This document shows positions 19,343-29,545 of a stretch of DNA of 64,000 nucleotides, one piece after another. Position numbers and translations under genes: made by a program. The stretch is taken from NCBI GenBank assembly GCA_043731355.1, contig JAYTJE010000028.1, positions 13,261 through 77,260 of the forward strand. The letters run 5' to 3'. Each line of letters opens with the position of its first letter. The stretch's first letter is position 1. The DNA comes from Nitrospirota bacterium (GTDB lineage Bacteria; Nitrospirota; UBA9217). The notes under the pieces are model-generated. The model was not told the DNA's origin, did no database searches, and saw only the letters and a program-made list of their open reading frames with translations.

Positions 19343-20839
19343 ATGGTAGCTAAAAAGAGATGGTATGTTGCGGCTTCTTTGCTGCTTCTTATCGGTATTT
19401 TCGTCGGTCTCCTCCTTGCATCGCGATTGAACCTCATGTCCCCGCTCACCGCCAAGAGTCAGGTGTCGTCCAAATCTGTTGACACCCTGACACAGTTGAG
19501 CGAGGCGCTGTCGGAAGTGGCTGCGGTATCGACCCCCTCGGTCGTGAATATCTCAACAACACGGGTCATCAAGTCATCGGATGAAGCGCCCTTCGATTTC
19601 TTCGACGATCCCTTTTTCAGGCGGTTCTTCGGCGACCAGTTGCCGCGCCAGGATGCGCCGAAAGAACACAAAGAACAGAGCCTCGGTTCCGGGGTCATCG
19701 TTTCAGCGGACGGGTACATTGTCACGAACAACCATGTGATAGAAAAGGCGCAGGAGATCAAGGTCCTGCTGGGCGATAAGCGGGATTTCAAGGCAAGGCT
19801 TATCGGCGCCGATCCGAAGACCGACATTGCGGTCATCAAGATCGAGGCGAAGGGTCTGCCCGCGCTTGCCTGGGGGGACGCGAGCAAGCTGAAGGTCGGC
19901 GAGCTCGTGTTCGCCATCGGGAACCCGTTCGGGCTGAACCAGACGGTGACCATGGGTGTCATCAGCGCCGTGGGACGGGCCAATGTCGGGATTGCCGACT
20001 ATGAGGATTTTATCCAGACCGATGCGGCGATAAACCCCGGCAATTCCGGGGGGGCGCTGCTTAATGCCCGGGGCGAACTGGTCGGCATCAATACCGCGAT
20101 CGTTTCACGGACGGGCGGCTACCAGGGGATCGGTTTTGCGGTGCCGAGCAGCATGGCCCGTCAGGTGATGGACAGCCTGGTCAAATACAAAAAAGTGGTC
20201 CGGGGCTGGCTCGGGGTGAGCATTCAGGAAGTGACGTCCGAGCTTGCCGAGGAATTCGGCGTTAAAAATCTTAAAGGAGCGCTGGTCAGCCGTGTCATGA
20301 AAGGCAGTCCCGCGGACAATGCGGGCATCAGGCAGGGTGACGTTATTCTCCAGGTTAACGGAAAAGACGTGGAGGACACGGGACACCTGCGGAACATGGT
20401 TTCCCAAGCTCCTATCGCCTCGAAAGTGAGGATCAGGCTGCTCCGGCAGAAAAAGGAGCTCGAGGTTGAGGTCGTGGTGTCTGAACTTCCCCGAAAGTTG
20501 GCGGAGGCAGCGCCCTCGCGGGACGAAGAATCGGGGAATCATGAGGCAAGCGGCGCCCTTGCGGGTCTCGTCGTGCGGGAGTTGACTCCCGAGCTTGCCG
20601 GGCATTTTGGCCTCGACGAGAGCGAGACGGGTGTCGTGATCGTCAAGACCGACCCGGACAGCAAGGCCTATGAGGCCGGGATCAGGCCCGGCGATATGGT
20701 CCTTCAGATAAACCAGAAGAACATCCCGGGCCTGGAAGCATACAAAAAAGTCGCGAAGACGCTCCGGTCCAAGGACAGGGTCCTGCTGCTGGTCCGGCGG
20801 AACGGCGAGGACCTGTTTGTTACGCTGAGACCTGAATAA
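19343..20839 (+). CDS. degP: Periplasmic serine endoprotease DegP/HtrA (trypsin domain + 2 PDZ)
   Basis: GNSGGAL catalytic-serine motif and two PDZ-like C-terminal segments. Start at the ATG 12 nt after AGGAGG (MVAKKRWY..., TM anchor). Confidence 0.88.
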   Translation: MVAKKRWYVAASLLLLIGIFVGLLLASRLNLMSPLTAKSQVSSKSVDTLTQLSEALSEVAAVSTPSVVNISTTRVIKSSDEAPFDFFDDPFFRRFFGDQLPRQDAPKEHKEQSLGSGVIVSADGYIVTNNHVIEKAQEIKVLLGDKRDFKARLIGADPKTDIAVIKIEAKGLPALAWGDASKLKVGELVFAIGNPFGLNQTVTMGVISAVGRANVGIADYEDFIQTDAAINPGNSGGALLNARGELVGINTAIVSRTGGYQGIGFAVPSSMARQVMDSLVKYKKVVRGWLGVSIQEVTSELAEEFGVKNLKGALVSRVMKGSPADNAGIRQGDVILQVNGKDVEDTGHLRNMVSQAPIASKVRIRLLRQKKELEVEVVVSELPRKLAEAAPSRDEESGNHEASGALAGLVVRELTPELAGHFGLDESETGVVIVKTDPDSKAYEAGIRPGDMVLQINQKNIPGLEAYKKVAKTLRSKDRVLLLVRRNGEDLFVTLRPE

Positions 20840-20902
20840 CGCATTCCGTTGGGTGAATTTCATAATTTGTTCGATCTTACTTAAGGAGGAGGTGAAATAA
20901 TC

Positions 20903-21904
20903 ATGGGACTTATTCTTATTCGAATGCTATTTGTATGCGTCGGCACGTTGCTCGGCTATTATCTTCCGACGACGCAAATAGAAGGACAAGTCGGTAAATT
21001 TGAAGGCATGGCGATAGGCTTCGGAATTGCCGTACTCATCGTTCTTACGGAATTTTTATTCAGACGGGTTTCCTTAAAGGTCATTGTCGGAGGAATTCTT
21101 GGTTTTGTCCTTGGCCTGACCTCGGCGGCGATCATTGCCTCTCCCCTGAAGGGGCTTTTTGAACGCCAATATTTTCAATTCATCCTGTTGCTGATGAACG
21201 GTTTTTTCGGGTATCTGGGCATCACCATCGGTGTTAGGGAGGGTGAACGGTTCAACCCCTCGAACATCAAGAAGCTGTTTAAGGGCGGGGCCGACGAAAA
21301 TATCAAGATCATGGACACCAGCGTGATCATCGACGGTCGCATCGCCGACGTCTGCGAGACGGAGTTTCTCGACGGCGCCATCATCATTCCCCAGTTTATT
21401 CTGCATGAACTCCAGCATATTGCCGATTCCTCGGACTCATTGAAGCGGGCGCGCGGCCGTCGCGGTCTCGATATCCTTCACCGGATCCAGAAAATGAGCC
21501 ACATGGAGGTCCGGATCGTGGAAGATGATTTCCCGAAGATCCGGGAGGTGGACAGCAAGCTCATTGCGCTGGCCAAAAAATTCAGCGCAAAGGTGATCAC
21601 CAACGATTTCAACCTGAACAAGGTGGCGGAGCTTCAGGGGGTCAAAGTGCTCAATATCAACGACCTGTCCAATGCCGTCAAGCCCGTGGCGCTTCCGGGA
21701 GAGAGTATGCGCGTTTTTGTGCTGAAAGAAGGCAAGGAGCCGGGCCAGGGAGTTGCCTACCTGGATGACGGCACGATGATCGTGGTGGAGAATGGCCGGA
21801 AGTACATCAACAAAAATATGGAAGTGTCTGTCACGAGCGTGCTCCAGACCGCGGCTGGCAGGATGATCTTTACCAAGCTCAGGGAAGATGGGGAGCATGA
21901 ATAG
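20903..21904 (+). CDS. PIN + TRAM domain membrane protein (YacL-like)
   Basis: Four N-terminal TM helices, PIN-like acidic core (IMDTSVIIDGR...D), C-terminal TRAM-like beta domain. AGGAGG RBS 8 nt upstream. Confidence 0.7.
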   Translation: MGLILIRMLFVCVGTLLGYYLPTTQIEGQVGKFEGMAIGFGIAVLIVLTEFLFRRVSLKVIVGGILGFVLGLTSAAIIASPLKGLFERQYFQFILLLMNGFFGYLGITIGVREGERFNPSNIKKLFKGGADENIKIMDTSVIIDGRIADVCETEFLDGAIIIPQFILHELQHIADSSDSLKRARGRRGLDILHRIQKMSHMEVRIVEDDFPKIREVDSKLIALAKKFSAKVITNDFNLNKVAELQGVKVLNINDLSNAVKPVALPGESMRVFVLKEGKEPGQGVAYLDDGTMIVVENGRKYINKNMEVSVTSVLQTAAGRMIFTKLREDGEHE

Positions 21905-22095
21905 CAGAAGTCGGACAGTAGACAGGAGACGGGAGACGGGAGACGGGAGACGGGAGACAGGAGACAGGAGACGGGAGACAGGGAGACGGGAGACGGGGAG
22001 ACAGGAGACAACGGCTTTTGACTCAGTCTGTTAGTCTGCCAGTCTGTTAGTCTGCCGGTCTGTTAGTCTATCGGTCTATCAGTTTATTTACAGGA
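21905..22095. repeat. Tandem heptanucleotide array (GGAGACR)n + conserved junction ACAACGGCTTTTGACTCAGTCT + (CAGTCTGTTAGTCTGC)n; empty IVS-like site (no ORF)
   Basis: About 14 GGAGACR heptads, then the 22-nt junction also found at 24100, then degenerate complementary AGTCTGY repeats. It lies between the PIN-TRAM gene and yebC. Confidence 0.6.
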
Positions 22096-22101
22096 GGTTT
22101 C

Positions 22102-22845
22102 ATGTCAGGTCATTCAAAGTGGGCGACAACGAAGCATAAAAAAGCTGCTACTGACGCAAAACGAGGAAAGATCTTCACGAAGATCGGCAAAGAGCTCACC
22201 GTTGCCGCCAGGCTGGGCGGCGGTGACCCTGACGGCAACCCGCGTCTCAGGACCGCGGTCGCCAAGGCAAAATCGGTCAGCCTGCCCGCCGAGAACATCA
22301 AACGGGCGATCCAGAAGGGCACGGGCGAACTGCCGGGTGTATCCTACGAGGAAATAGTCTACGAAGGATACGGGCCGGGCGGTGTTGCGGTCATTATCGA
22401 GTCCCTGACGGACAACCGGAACAGGACTGTTTCCGAGATCCGGAATATTTTCAGCAAGGCAGGCAGCAATATGGGTGAGGCGGGCTGCGTTTCCTGGATG
22501 TTCCATAAAAAAGGGTACCTGGTGGTAAACGGCGCCAAGGCCAACGAAGACCAGCTGATGGCGCTGGCGTTGGATGCCGGCGCCGAGGACATGCAGGTCG
22601 AGGACGGGAATTTCGTCATCACCACTGCTCTGAGCGACTTCGAAAAGGTGAAAAAAGCGCTCGAAGACGCGGCGGTGCCCCTGGAGCTCGCCGAGCTCAC
22701 CATGATCCCGCAGACCTACGTAAAGCTCGACGGCAAGGAGGCGCAGCAGATGCTGCGGCTTGTTGATACGCTCGAGGATAATGATGACGTCCAGAACGTG
22801 TATGCGAACTTCGATATCCCTGACGAGATTCTGAATGCGGAATAA
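22102..22845 (+). CDS. yebC: YebC/PmpR family DNA-binding transcriptional regulator
   Basis: 247 aa; [16 protein letters not shown]-terminus diagnostic of YebC. Confidence 0.9.
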   Translation: MSGHSKWATTKHKKAATDAKRGKIFTKIGKELTVAARLGGGDPDGNPRLRTAVAKAKSVSLPAENIKRAIQKGTGELPGVSYEEIVYEGYGPGGVAVIIESLTDNRNRTVSEIRNIFSKAGSNMGEAGCVSWMFHKKGYLVVNGAKANEDQLMALALDAGAEDMQVEDGNFVITTALSDFEKVKKALEDAAVPLELAELTMIPQTYVKLDGKEAQQMLRLVDTLEDNDDVQNVYANFDIPDEILNAE

Positions 22846-22859
22846 GTGACGGAGAATGT

Positions 22860-23423
22860 ATGAGAGTTATGGGGATCGATCCGGGGACCTTGACGAGCGG
22901 CTATGGAATCGTTGCGGAAGAGGACCATCGGCTGTTCCATGTAGTGTCGGGAGGAATCAGTCCCTCGGCAAAGCAGCCGCTCCCGAAACGGCTTAAAAAA
23001 ATATATGAAGAGCTCGAGAAAATCATCGAAAAATACCGGCCGAACTGCGTTGTGGTGGAGGACCTTTTTGTTTCCAAAAATATGCAGTCGGCGCTCAAGC
23101 TCGGCCATGCCCGTGGCGTGGCCATCCTTGCGGCAATGAACGCCGGACTGCCGGTATTCGAGTATGCTCCGACGGAGGTAAAGCAGGCGGTTGTGGGCAC
23201 CGGGAAAGCGGAAAAAAAACAGGTGCAGCTGATGGTGAAAACACTGCTCTGTCTGCCGAAGGTCCCGCATCCGGTCGATGCCGCCGATGCCCTGGCCGCC
23301 GCTATCTGTCATATCCATTCTTCGCGTCTCAGGGAAATACTCAATAATCCTTCATCCCTCCGGCAAACCGGCAGGGGTGTTAGTCCGCGGGGCGCGATCG
23401 TTCGCAAGCCCCAGGACGACTGA
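22860..23423 (+). CDS. ruvC: Crossover junction endodeoxyribonuclease RuvC
   Basis: MRVMGIDPGTLTSGYG N-terminus with catalytic Asp; 187 aa. Confidence 0.88.
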   Translation: MRVMGIDPGTLTSGYGIVAEEDHRLFHVVSGGISPSAKQPLPKRLKKIYEELEKIIEKYRPNCVVVEDLFVSKNMQSALKLGHARGVAILAAMNAGLPVFEYAPTEVKQAVVGTGKAEKKQVQLMVKTLLCLPKVPHPVDAADALAAAICHIHSSRLREILNNPSSLRQTGRGVSPRGAIVRKPQDD

Positions 23424-23424
23424 G

Positions 23425-24024
23425 ATGATCGCGTCGCTCACCGGCAGGCTCACGCGCAAGGCCCCCGATTATCTCATCCTTGATGTCTCCGGTGTCGGGT
23501 ACCAGGTCTTTGTGCCGCTTTCCACCTTTTACCGCATGCCGGACGAGGGTGCTGAGGCGAGCCTCCATATTCATACCCATTTGCGTGAGGACATACTTGC
23601 ACTCTACGGGTTCTCGGAGCCGGCGGAAAAGGACCTTTTCCTTATCCTGCTCGGCGTGTCCGGCATCGGCCCCAAGCTCGCCCTTACGGTCCTTTCCAGT
23701 CTGACAACGGACGAGATCGCGGCCGCTATCCAGTCGTCGGATGACCAAAAGCTCTATGCCATACCGGGCATCGGCAAGAAGACGGCTGCCCGAATGATCC
23801 TGGAACTGAAGGACAAGGTCAAGCATCTGGTCACTGCTTCAGCACCGGCCGGACGTCCGCGGCAGGCAGACGTCGATGTGGACGATGCCGTGTCGGCGCT
23901 GATGAACCTGGGCTATAAACGAAACCTTGCTGAGGATGCGGTGCAGATGGTCTTGCGCACTCATCCGGAGCTTTCCGTGGAGGACCTCATTCGCCAGGGG
24001 CTGCAGGCGTTACGGAAGAGATAA
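23425..24024 (+). CDS. ruvA: Holliday junction DNA helicase RuvA
   Basis: MIASLTGRL..YLILDVSGVGYQV N-terminus, HhH motifs (GIGPKLA, IPGIGKKTAARM). Start moved to 23425; the ORF track begins further upstream in the same frame, inside the ruvC 3' end. Confidence 0.88.
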   Translation: MIASLTGRLTRKAPDYLILDVSGVGYQVFVPLSTFYRMPDEGAEASLHIHTHLREDILALYGFSEPAEKDLFLILLGVSGIGPKLALTVLSSLTTDEIAAAIQSSDDQKLYAIPGIGKKTAARMILELKDKVKHLVTASAPAGRPRQADVDVDDAVSALMNLGYKRNLAEDAVQMVLRTHPELSVEDLIRQGLQALRKR

Positions 24025-24027
24025 GAC

Positions 24028-24600
<573 letters not shown>

Positions 24601-24615
24601 CATCCGAGGTAACCA

Positions 24616-25632
24616 GTGACGACGCGAATTGTAGAGCCAGCGAAGGATGAAGGTGATGTTCAGCTCGACCGGAGCCTGCGGCCCGCGCGTTTCAGCGATT
24701 TTGTCGGGCAGGACCGGATCAAGGAAAACCTGAAAGTTTTCATTGACGCGGCCAAGGCCAGGGGCGAAGCGCTGGACCATGTGCTGTTCTGCGGCCCGCC
24801 GGGGCTCGGAAAGACCACCCTGGCGAACATCATTGCCCGGGAGCTCGGGGTCAACCTCAAATCCACCTCCGGCCCCGTGCTGGAACGCGCCGGCGATCTG
24901 GCGGCCATCCTGACCAACCTGCAGCAAGGCGATGTGCTTTTTATCGATGAGATCCACCGTCTCAACCGGGTTGTTGAGGAAGTGCTGTATCCGGCCATGG
25001 AGGACTTTCAACTCGACCTTATCATCGGCCAGGGGCCCGGCGCCCGTTCCATAAAGCTCGATCTCCCGTATTTTACGCTCGTGGGCGCGACCACCCGCAC
25101 CGGGCTGCTCACCTCTCCGCTTCGCGACCGGTTCGGCGTGATCGATCGGCTGAGCTTCTATACGCTCGATGAACTGCGGACCGTCGTGGAGCGCTCGGCG
25201 GCGCTGCTGCACGTTGCGATCGAGCAGGAGGCCGCCGCGATCATCGCCGACCGCTCGCGCGGGACCCCGCGCATAGCGAACCGGCTGCTGCGGAGGGTCC
25301 GGGACTTCGCGCAGGTGCAGGGCGACGGCGTCGTGACCATAGCGGTGGTGAAGAATGCCATGCAGCGGCTTGAGGTCGACGAACGGGGTTTTGACGAAAT
25401 GGACCGCCGACTGCTGCTGACGATCATCGATAAATTCGATGGCGGCCCGGTCGGGCTTGAGACGCTGGCAGCGGCGTTGAATGAAGAACGGGACACGCTG
25501 GAAGATGTCTATGAACCGTTCCTGATCCAGGAGGGGTTTCTCGACCGGACCCCGCGCGGCAGACAGGCGACGAGGCTGGCATACGAGTATTTCGGCAAAA
25601 AACGGCCCCCGGCGCAGGAGCGGCTGCTGTAA
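24616..25632 (+). CDS. ruvB: Holliday junction DNA helicase RuvB
   Basis: Walker [18 protein letters not shown] and the sensor region; GTG start. Confidence 0.92.
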   Translation: MTTRIVEPAKDEGDVQLDRSLRPARFSDFVGQDRIKENLKVFIDAAKARGEALDHVLFCGPPGLGKTTLANIIARELGVNLKSTSGPVLERAGDLAAILTNLQQGDVLFIDEIHRLNRVVEEVLYPAMEDFQLDLIIGQGPGARSIKLDLPYFTLVGATTRTGLLTSPLRDRFGVIDRLSFYTLDELRTVVERSAALLHVAIEQEAAAIIADRSRGTPRIANRLLRRVRDFAQVQGDGVVTIAVVKNAMQRLEVDERGFDEMDRRLLLTIIDKFDGGPVGLETLAAALNEERDTLEDVYEPFLIQEGFLDRTPRGRQATRLAYEYFGKKRPPAQERLL

Positions 25633-25644
25633 CGGTTAGCCGCG

Positions 25645-25690
25645 ATTCAAAATTCAAAAGAAATATTCAATATCTTGAATTTTGAATCTT
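25645..25690. repeat. Palindromic REP-like element, copy B (GATTCAAAATTCAA-loop-TTGAATTTTGAATC)
   Basis: Near-perfect 14-bp inverted repeat with a 17-nt AT-rich loop immediately 3' of ruvB. Same arms and loop as copy A at 17750. Confidence 0.5.
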
Positions 25691-25719
25691 AAATCCGGAC
25701 GATGCACATGGAGTAATTA

Positions 25720-26124
25720 ATGATTGGCCAGGGAGTCAGAACAGCCGTGCTTGCGCTTGTTGTTATTCTGCTTACCGGCGTGGCCTATGAGCGGAACACT
25801 GCGTGGCACACGCTTTTGACCCTTTGGCTGGATGTGGCAGCCAAATCCCCCGGAAAGTCCCGGGTCTTTAACAACCTGGGGAATTGCTACATTCTTGAAG
25901 GCAAGTATTTTAAGGGAATCGAAGCATACCAGCGGGCAGTGGCTTTGGACCGCAATAACATCGAGGCGTACTACAACCTCGGCGTCAATTACGAAAATGT
26001 GGGCATCACCAATCGGGCTGTATATTATTATGATCTGTTCTGCAAGACCGCGCCGGCTTCATACCGGGAGCAGACGGAGCAGGCCTGTAAGCGCGTTGCC
26101 GACCTGACCCGCGGCGTGCGGTAA
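25720..26124 (+). CDS. Small TM + TPR protein, homologous to the C-terminal module of the TMTC-like proteins
   Basis: 134 aa; N-terminal TM helix, then the W..L.LW.D.A.KSPGK.R...NLGN motif shared with 27959, 28699 and the C-termini of 16161, 58772 and 60841. Confidence 0.6.
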   Translation: MIGQGVRTAVLALVVILLTGVAYERNTAWHTLLTLWLDVAAKSPGKSRVFNNLGNCYILEGKYFKGIEAYQRAVALDRNNIEAYYNLGVNYENVGITNRAVYYYDLFCKTAPASYREQTEQACKRVADLTRGVR

Positions 26125-26183
26125 GCACGGTCACACGAATCTTAAAATTGGTTGCGGCCTTAAGGCCGTTCCAGGAGTCCGCC

Positions 26184-26726
26184 ATGAAGATTTTTTTTCA
26201 TATATGCTGCGCTCCCTGCGCTCTGTACCCCTATTACCGCATGAAGGAGGAGGGCATCGAACCGGCCGGTTTTTTTTATAATCCTAATATCCATCCCTAT
26301 CTGGAATACAAAAAACGGCTCGATACGGTGAAGGAATTCTCCGGCAGGGTCGGCCTTGAGGTAGTCTACCGGGATGATTATGACCTTGATGAGTTTCTCG
26401 TCCGGGCTTCCGGCAAGGGGCCGGGGCGCTGCGAGCAGTGCTACCGCATGAGGCTCGAGGCCGCCGCAGCCGCGGCCCGGGAGCGAGGGTTTTCGGCGAT
26501 GACCACGTCGCTTCTCTACAGTAAATTTCAGAAACATGATCTGATCACGGGCATTGGAAGAGAAATGGCGGCGGAGCACGGGATCGAGTTCTATTACGAA
26601 GACTTTCGGCGCGGTTGGCGGGAGGGCATCGTGGAATCAAAGGCCATGGGGCTTTACCGGCAGCAGTATTGCGGCTGCATTTACAGCGAACGGGACCGCT
26701 ATAGAAAAACAGACGCGAACGAGTAA
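26184..26726 (+). CDS. queH: Epoxyqueuosine reductase QueH (DUF208)
   Basis: HICCAPC motif plus downstream CEQCY and CGC cysteines; start at MKIFFHICC, with an AGGAG RBS 6 nt upstream. Confidence 0.8.
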   Translation: MKIFFHICCAPCALYPYYRMKEEGIEPAGFFYNPNIHPYLEYKKRLDTVKEFSGRVGLEVVYRDDYDLDEFLVRASGKGPGRCEQCYRMRLEAAAAAARERGFSAMTTSLLYSKFQKHDLITGIGREMAAEHGIEFYYEDFRRGWREGIVESKAMGLYRQQYCGCIYSERDRYRKTDANE

Positions 26727-26779
26727 AGGCGGTTTTAGACCCGCCCCTGCCAACGTGCCTTGAAAATAAACGTATATCC

Positions 26780-27898
26780 GTGCATAACGAACGAGGCATG
26801 CTTAAAAACTATTTATTCCTCTCCATCATCACCGCCTCAGTCCTGTCTCTGATTCCGGCGCGGGCGCTCTGTTCGGAAACCATCCGCGTGGCCATTGCCG
26901 ACAACCAGAGGAGTATTGTGCTCACGTCCCCCTCCGGGTTCGTGGTGGAGGGGCGCGCCTCTTTGGAGCGGGAGCGGACGATGACGATTGGTGCGTCGTC
27001 AATCGGGCCCCGGCCGCTCCGGGTGCGGTCGGTGGGCGCTTTCATCCGCGTGAACAAAAAAAACTTCCGGGGCTGGGTGGAACTGCGAAAAAAAAAGAAT
27101 GGCCTTCTTCTGGTTGTCAATGAACTGGATATTGAGCTCTATCTGCTGGGGGTGGTTGCCTCCGAGATTCCCCAGGACTGGCATCGTGAGGCGCTGAAAG
27201 CCCAGGCCGTGGCCGCGCGGACCTATGCGTTGTATCAAAAGCGGATGGCGGAGGGCAGGTCCTACCATGTGCTTGCCACGGTGGACAGTCAAATGTATAA
27301 CGGCAGGAGCGGTGAACGGCCCGCCACCTCACAGGCGGTGCAAGAGACGGCGGGGCAGGTCATTGTGTACAACGGGGAGCTGGTCCCCGCTTTTTATCAT
27401 TCGAGCTGCGGCGGACATACGGAAGACGCATCAAAACTGTGGGACGTCAGGGAACCTTACCTTCAGGGTGTAGACTGCGATTGTCAGAATATATCAAAAT
27501 ACGGCCAGTGGGAGCGGCGGTTCAGTGTTGACACGGTCGCCCATGCGCTTCGCAAGCGCGGCTACCCTGTCAGGCATATCACCGCCGTGACCCTAGGCGC
27601 CATCACACCCGCCGGCAGGGTGAAGGACGTGGCCCTCCGATATGGCGGAGGCATCTCGGTGGTCCCCGCCGAAGCGCTCCGCGCTGCTGTCGGGAATGCG
27701 CTGCTCCCCAGTGTGTTCTTCGAACTGGAGCTGTCGCCGACGGGCGGAGAACTGGTGTTCTCCGGCAGGGGGATGGGGCATGGTGTTGGGTTGTGCCAGT
27801 GGGGCGCTGAAGAAATGGCGCGGCGGAAATTCGGTTACCAGGCGATCCTCGGTCACTACTACCCAGGAACAGGTCTCGCTGCCATGGAAGAGCTGTGA
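26780..27898 (+). CDS. SpoIID/LytB domain protein
   Basis: 372 aa; signal peptide, then AQAVAARTYALYQ and YHSSCGGHTED motifs typical of SpoIID/LytB. Confidence 0.8.
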   Translation: MHNERGMLKNYLFLSIITASVLSLIPARALCSETIRVAIADNQRSIVLTSPSGFVVEGRASLERERTMTIGASSIGPRPLRVRSVGAFIRVNKKNFRGWVELRKKKNGLLLVVNELDIELYLLGVVASEIPQDWHREALKAQAVAARTYALYQKRMAEGRSYHVLATVDSQMYNGRSGERPATSQAVQETAGQVIVYNGELVPAFYHSSCGGHTEDASKLWDVREPYLQGVDCDCQNISKYGQWERRFSVDTVAHALRKRGYPVRHITAVTLGAITPAGRVKDVALRYGGGISVVPAEALRAAVGNALLPSVFFELELSPTGGELVFSGRGMGHGVGLCQWGAEEMARRKFGYQAILGHYYPGTGLAAMEEL

Positions 27899-27958
27899 CC
27901 GCTGCCTGGCGCGTCACGGTCTTGACCTCATCTCACTCAGCGGTGCAAACAATTTCTC

Positions 27959-28690
27959 ATGATGAAAACCGCATTCAAGAATAGTCTCGTGGCGTTGACG
28001 GCCTGCTCGGTCATCATTGGTTACGCGGTGGTTTCGTACCGGCGAAACAGCCTCTACCAGACGCCGGTCAGGCTTTGGGTGGCAACGGCGGCGGCCTCAC
28101 CGCATAAACAGCGGCCCCACCTGAACCTCGGTCAGGCGCTCGAGGTAGCCGGGTTTCATGAACAGGCCATGCAGGAGTTCCGAACGGTCCTCTCGATCCC
28201 CAGTGATAACAGCATTGAAATGCAGAACGTATACAGGGAGATGGGCAATATTTATTTGGCGGCAGGACGCTATGGCGAGGCGTCTGCGGCGTATCGGATC
28301 GGTTTGCGCTACTCGCCGTCCAGCCCGACAATCCTGCATAACCTTGCAATCGTCCTGCTGAAACAGAAACGATTGGATGAAGCGGCTACACAGGCCGAAG
28401 CGGCACTTGCTGCCGACCCTTCGATGCCGGACGCCCTGAATACACTGGGCCAGATTTATGTATCTCAAGGCGCAATTGACAAGGGGATTGCCTGTTTGAA
28501 AGCAGCTATCGAGCAAGCGCCGGAATATGCCTCGCCCTATATGAACCTGGCACTTGCGTTTGAACGGAAAGGTGACTACGAAATAGCCTACCGGCATGCG
28601 AGGGCCTACGCAATGGCTGTTACGAGCCCTGACGGCCGCAAGAGGGCTGAAGTGCTCCTTGATCGGTTGCAAAACAAAATGCAGAAATAA
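27959..28690 (+). CDS. TM + TPR protein (detached TMTC-like C-terminal module)
   Basis: 243 aa; N-terminal TM helix, RLWVATAAASPHKQRPHLNLGQA motif, then TPRs. Confidence 0.6.
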   Translation: MMKTAFKNSLVALTACSVIIGYAVVSYRRNSLYQTPVRLWVATAAASPHKQRPHLNLGQALEVAGFHEQAMQEFRTVLSIPSDNSIEMQNVYREMGNIYLAAGRYGEASAAYRIGLRYSPSSPTILHNLAIVLLKQKRLDEAATQAEAALAADPSMPDALNTLGQIYVSQGAIDKGIACLKAAIEQAPEYASPYMNLALAFERKGDYEIAYRHARAYAMAVTSPDGRKRAEVLLDRLQNKMQK

Positions 28691-28698
28691 ACTTTCTG

Positions 28699-29382
28699 GT
28701 GGAGTTGTCTGATTTGTTAGGCCGATCATATGCGTTCCTCACGTTTTCCGCGTTACTTGTCCTGACCCTTACGGTTTCGACTGTGACGCGGAACCGCGTC
28801 TTCCGCGACAATGTCAGCCTCTGGGCGGATACTGCGGGAAAATCACCGGGGAAACAACGAACGCACCACAACTATGGCTGCGCCTTGTCCGGAGCGGACC
28901 AGTATGAGGCCGCGTTAGGTGAGTTCAGAAAAACGCTGGCCATGAAGCCTGACGGGAGCGTGCTGTTAGGATATCTCCTGACCGAGATGGGAATTTCTTA
29001 TTACAAACTTGAACAGTTTGATAAGGCCATAAGCGCCTGGCAGGAGGCGCTGCGCCGGGAACCCAACAACGCTGAACTGCTTAACGATCTGGCCATGGGG
29101 TTCCTCAAGAAAAAAAACTATGGCGAGGCCCGTCATTATGTAGAACGGGCGCTGACAAACGGTCCCTCGATGGCGGAAGCGTTTAATACGCTGGGGCAGG
29201 TCCAGCTTGCCCTGGGTGACACAGAGGCGGCAATCCGGTCCTTTCTCATTGCTCTGGAAAAAGAGCCCGAGGCGGCATCACGATACCGGGACGTTATTGA
29301 GGTATTTGAAAAAACAGGCCGCCATGCATTGGCTGCTGAGTATGCAGGCAGGGCAGCAAAGCTGGAGCAGGATGTCCGGTAG
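28699..29382 (+). CDS. TM + TPR protein (detached TMTC-like C-terminal module)
   Basis: 227 aa; GTG start; SLWADTAGKSPGKQRTHHNYGCA motif, then TPRs. Confidence 0.6.
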   Translation: MELSDLLGRSYAFLTFSALLVLTLTVSTVTRNRVFRDNVSLWADTAGKSPGKQRTHHNYGCALSGADQYEAALGEFRKTLAMKPDGSVLLGYLLTEMGISYYKLEQFDKAISAWQEALRREPNNAELLNDLAMGFLKKKNYGEARHYVERALTNGPSMAEAFNTLGQVQLALGDTEAAIRSFLIALEKEPEAASRYRDVIEVFEKTGRHALAAEYAGRAAKLEQDVR

Positions 29383-29529
29383 AAGCAGATAGAGGGAATG
29401 ACATAAAATTTGACGGGTTATTTGTATCTGTGCAAATATGAGCAAACGATGCGCGTTATCGCTCATTGTAAATGCTCTTTATAAACAGTAGATACGTAAT
29501 TATTATTGTTTATCAATTGTTTGTGGTAG

Positions 29530-29545
29530 TGGCACGGCTATTGCT
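29530..29545 (+). promoter_or_regulatory. Sigma-54 (-24/-12) promoter TGGCACggctaTTGCT upstream of the tetrahaem cytochrome operon
   Basis: Perfect TGGCAC-N5-TTGC match inside a 380-nt AT-rich noncoding leader. An IHF-like TATCAATTGTTTG sits just upstream (~29508). Coordinates approximate. Confidence 0.55.

Noticed and set aside
20105-20863. 252-aa minus-strand ORF overlapping degP
   Set aside because: Antisense to a well-supported DegP gene; R/G/P-rich composition typical of a spurious GC-frame ORF.
21757-22011. ORFs translating to [10 protein letters not shown] repeats (21757..22011 minus; 45932..46120 and 45958..46278 plus)
   Set aside because: They are read-through of the tandem heptanucleotide arrays (a 7-nt period gives a 7-aa periodic peptide in all frames). 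They are artefacts of the repeats, not genes.
29400-29530. Search for an NtrC-type upstream activator palindrome (TGCACC-N5-GGTGCA) in the cytochrome leader
   Set aside because: Only weak partial matches (TGTGCAAATATGAGCA). I cannot assign a UAS by eye.
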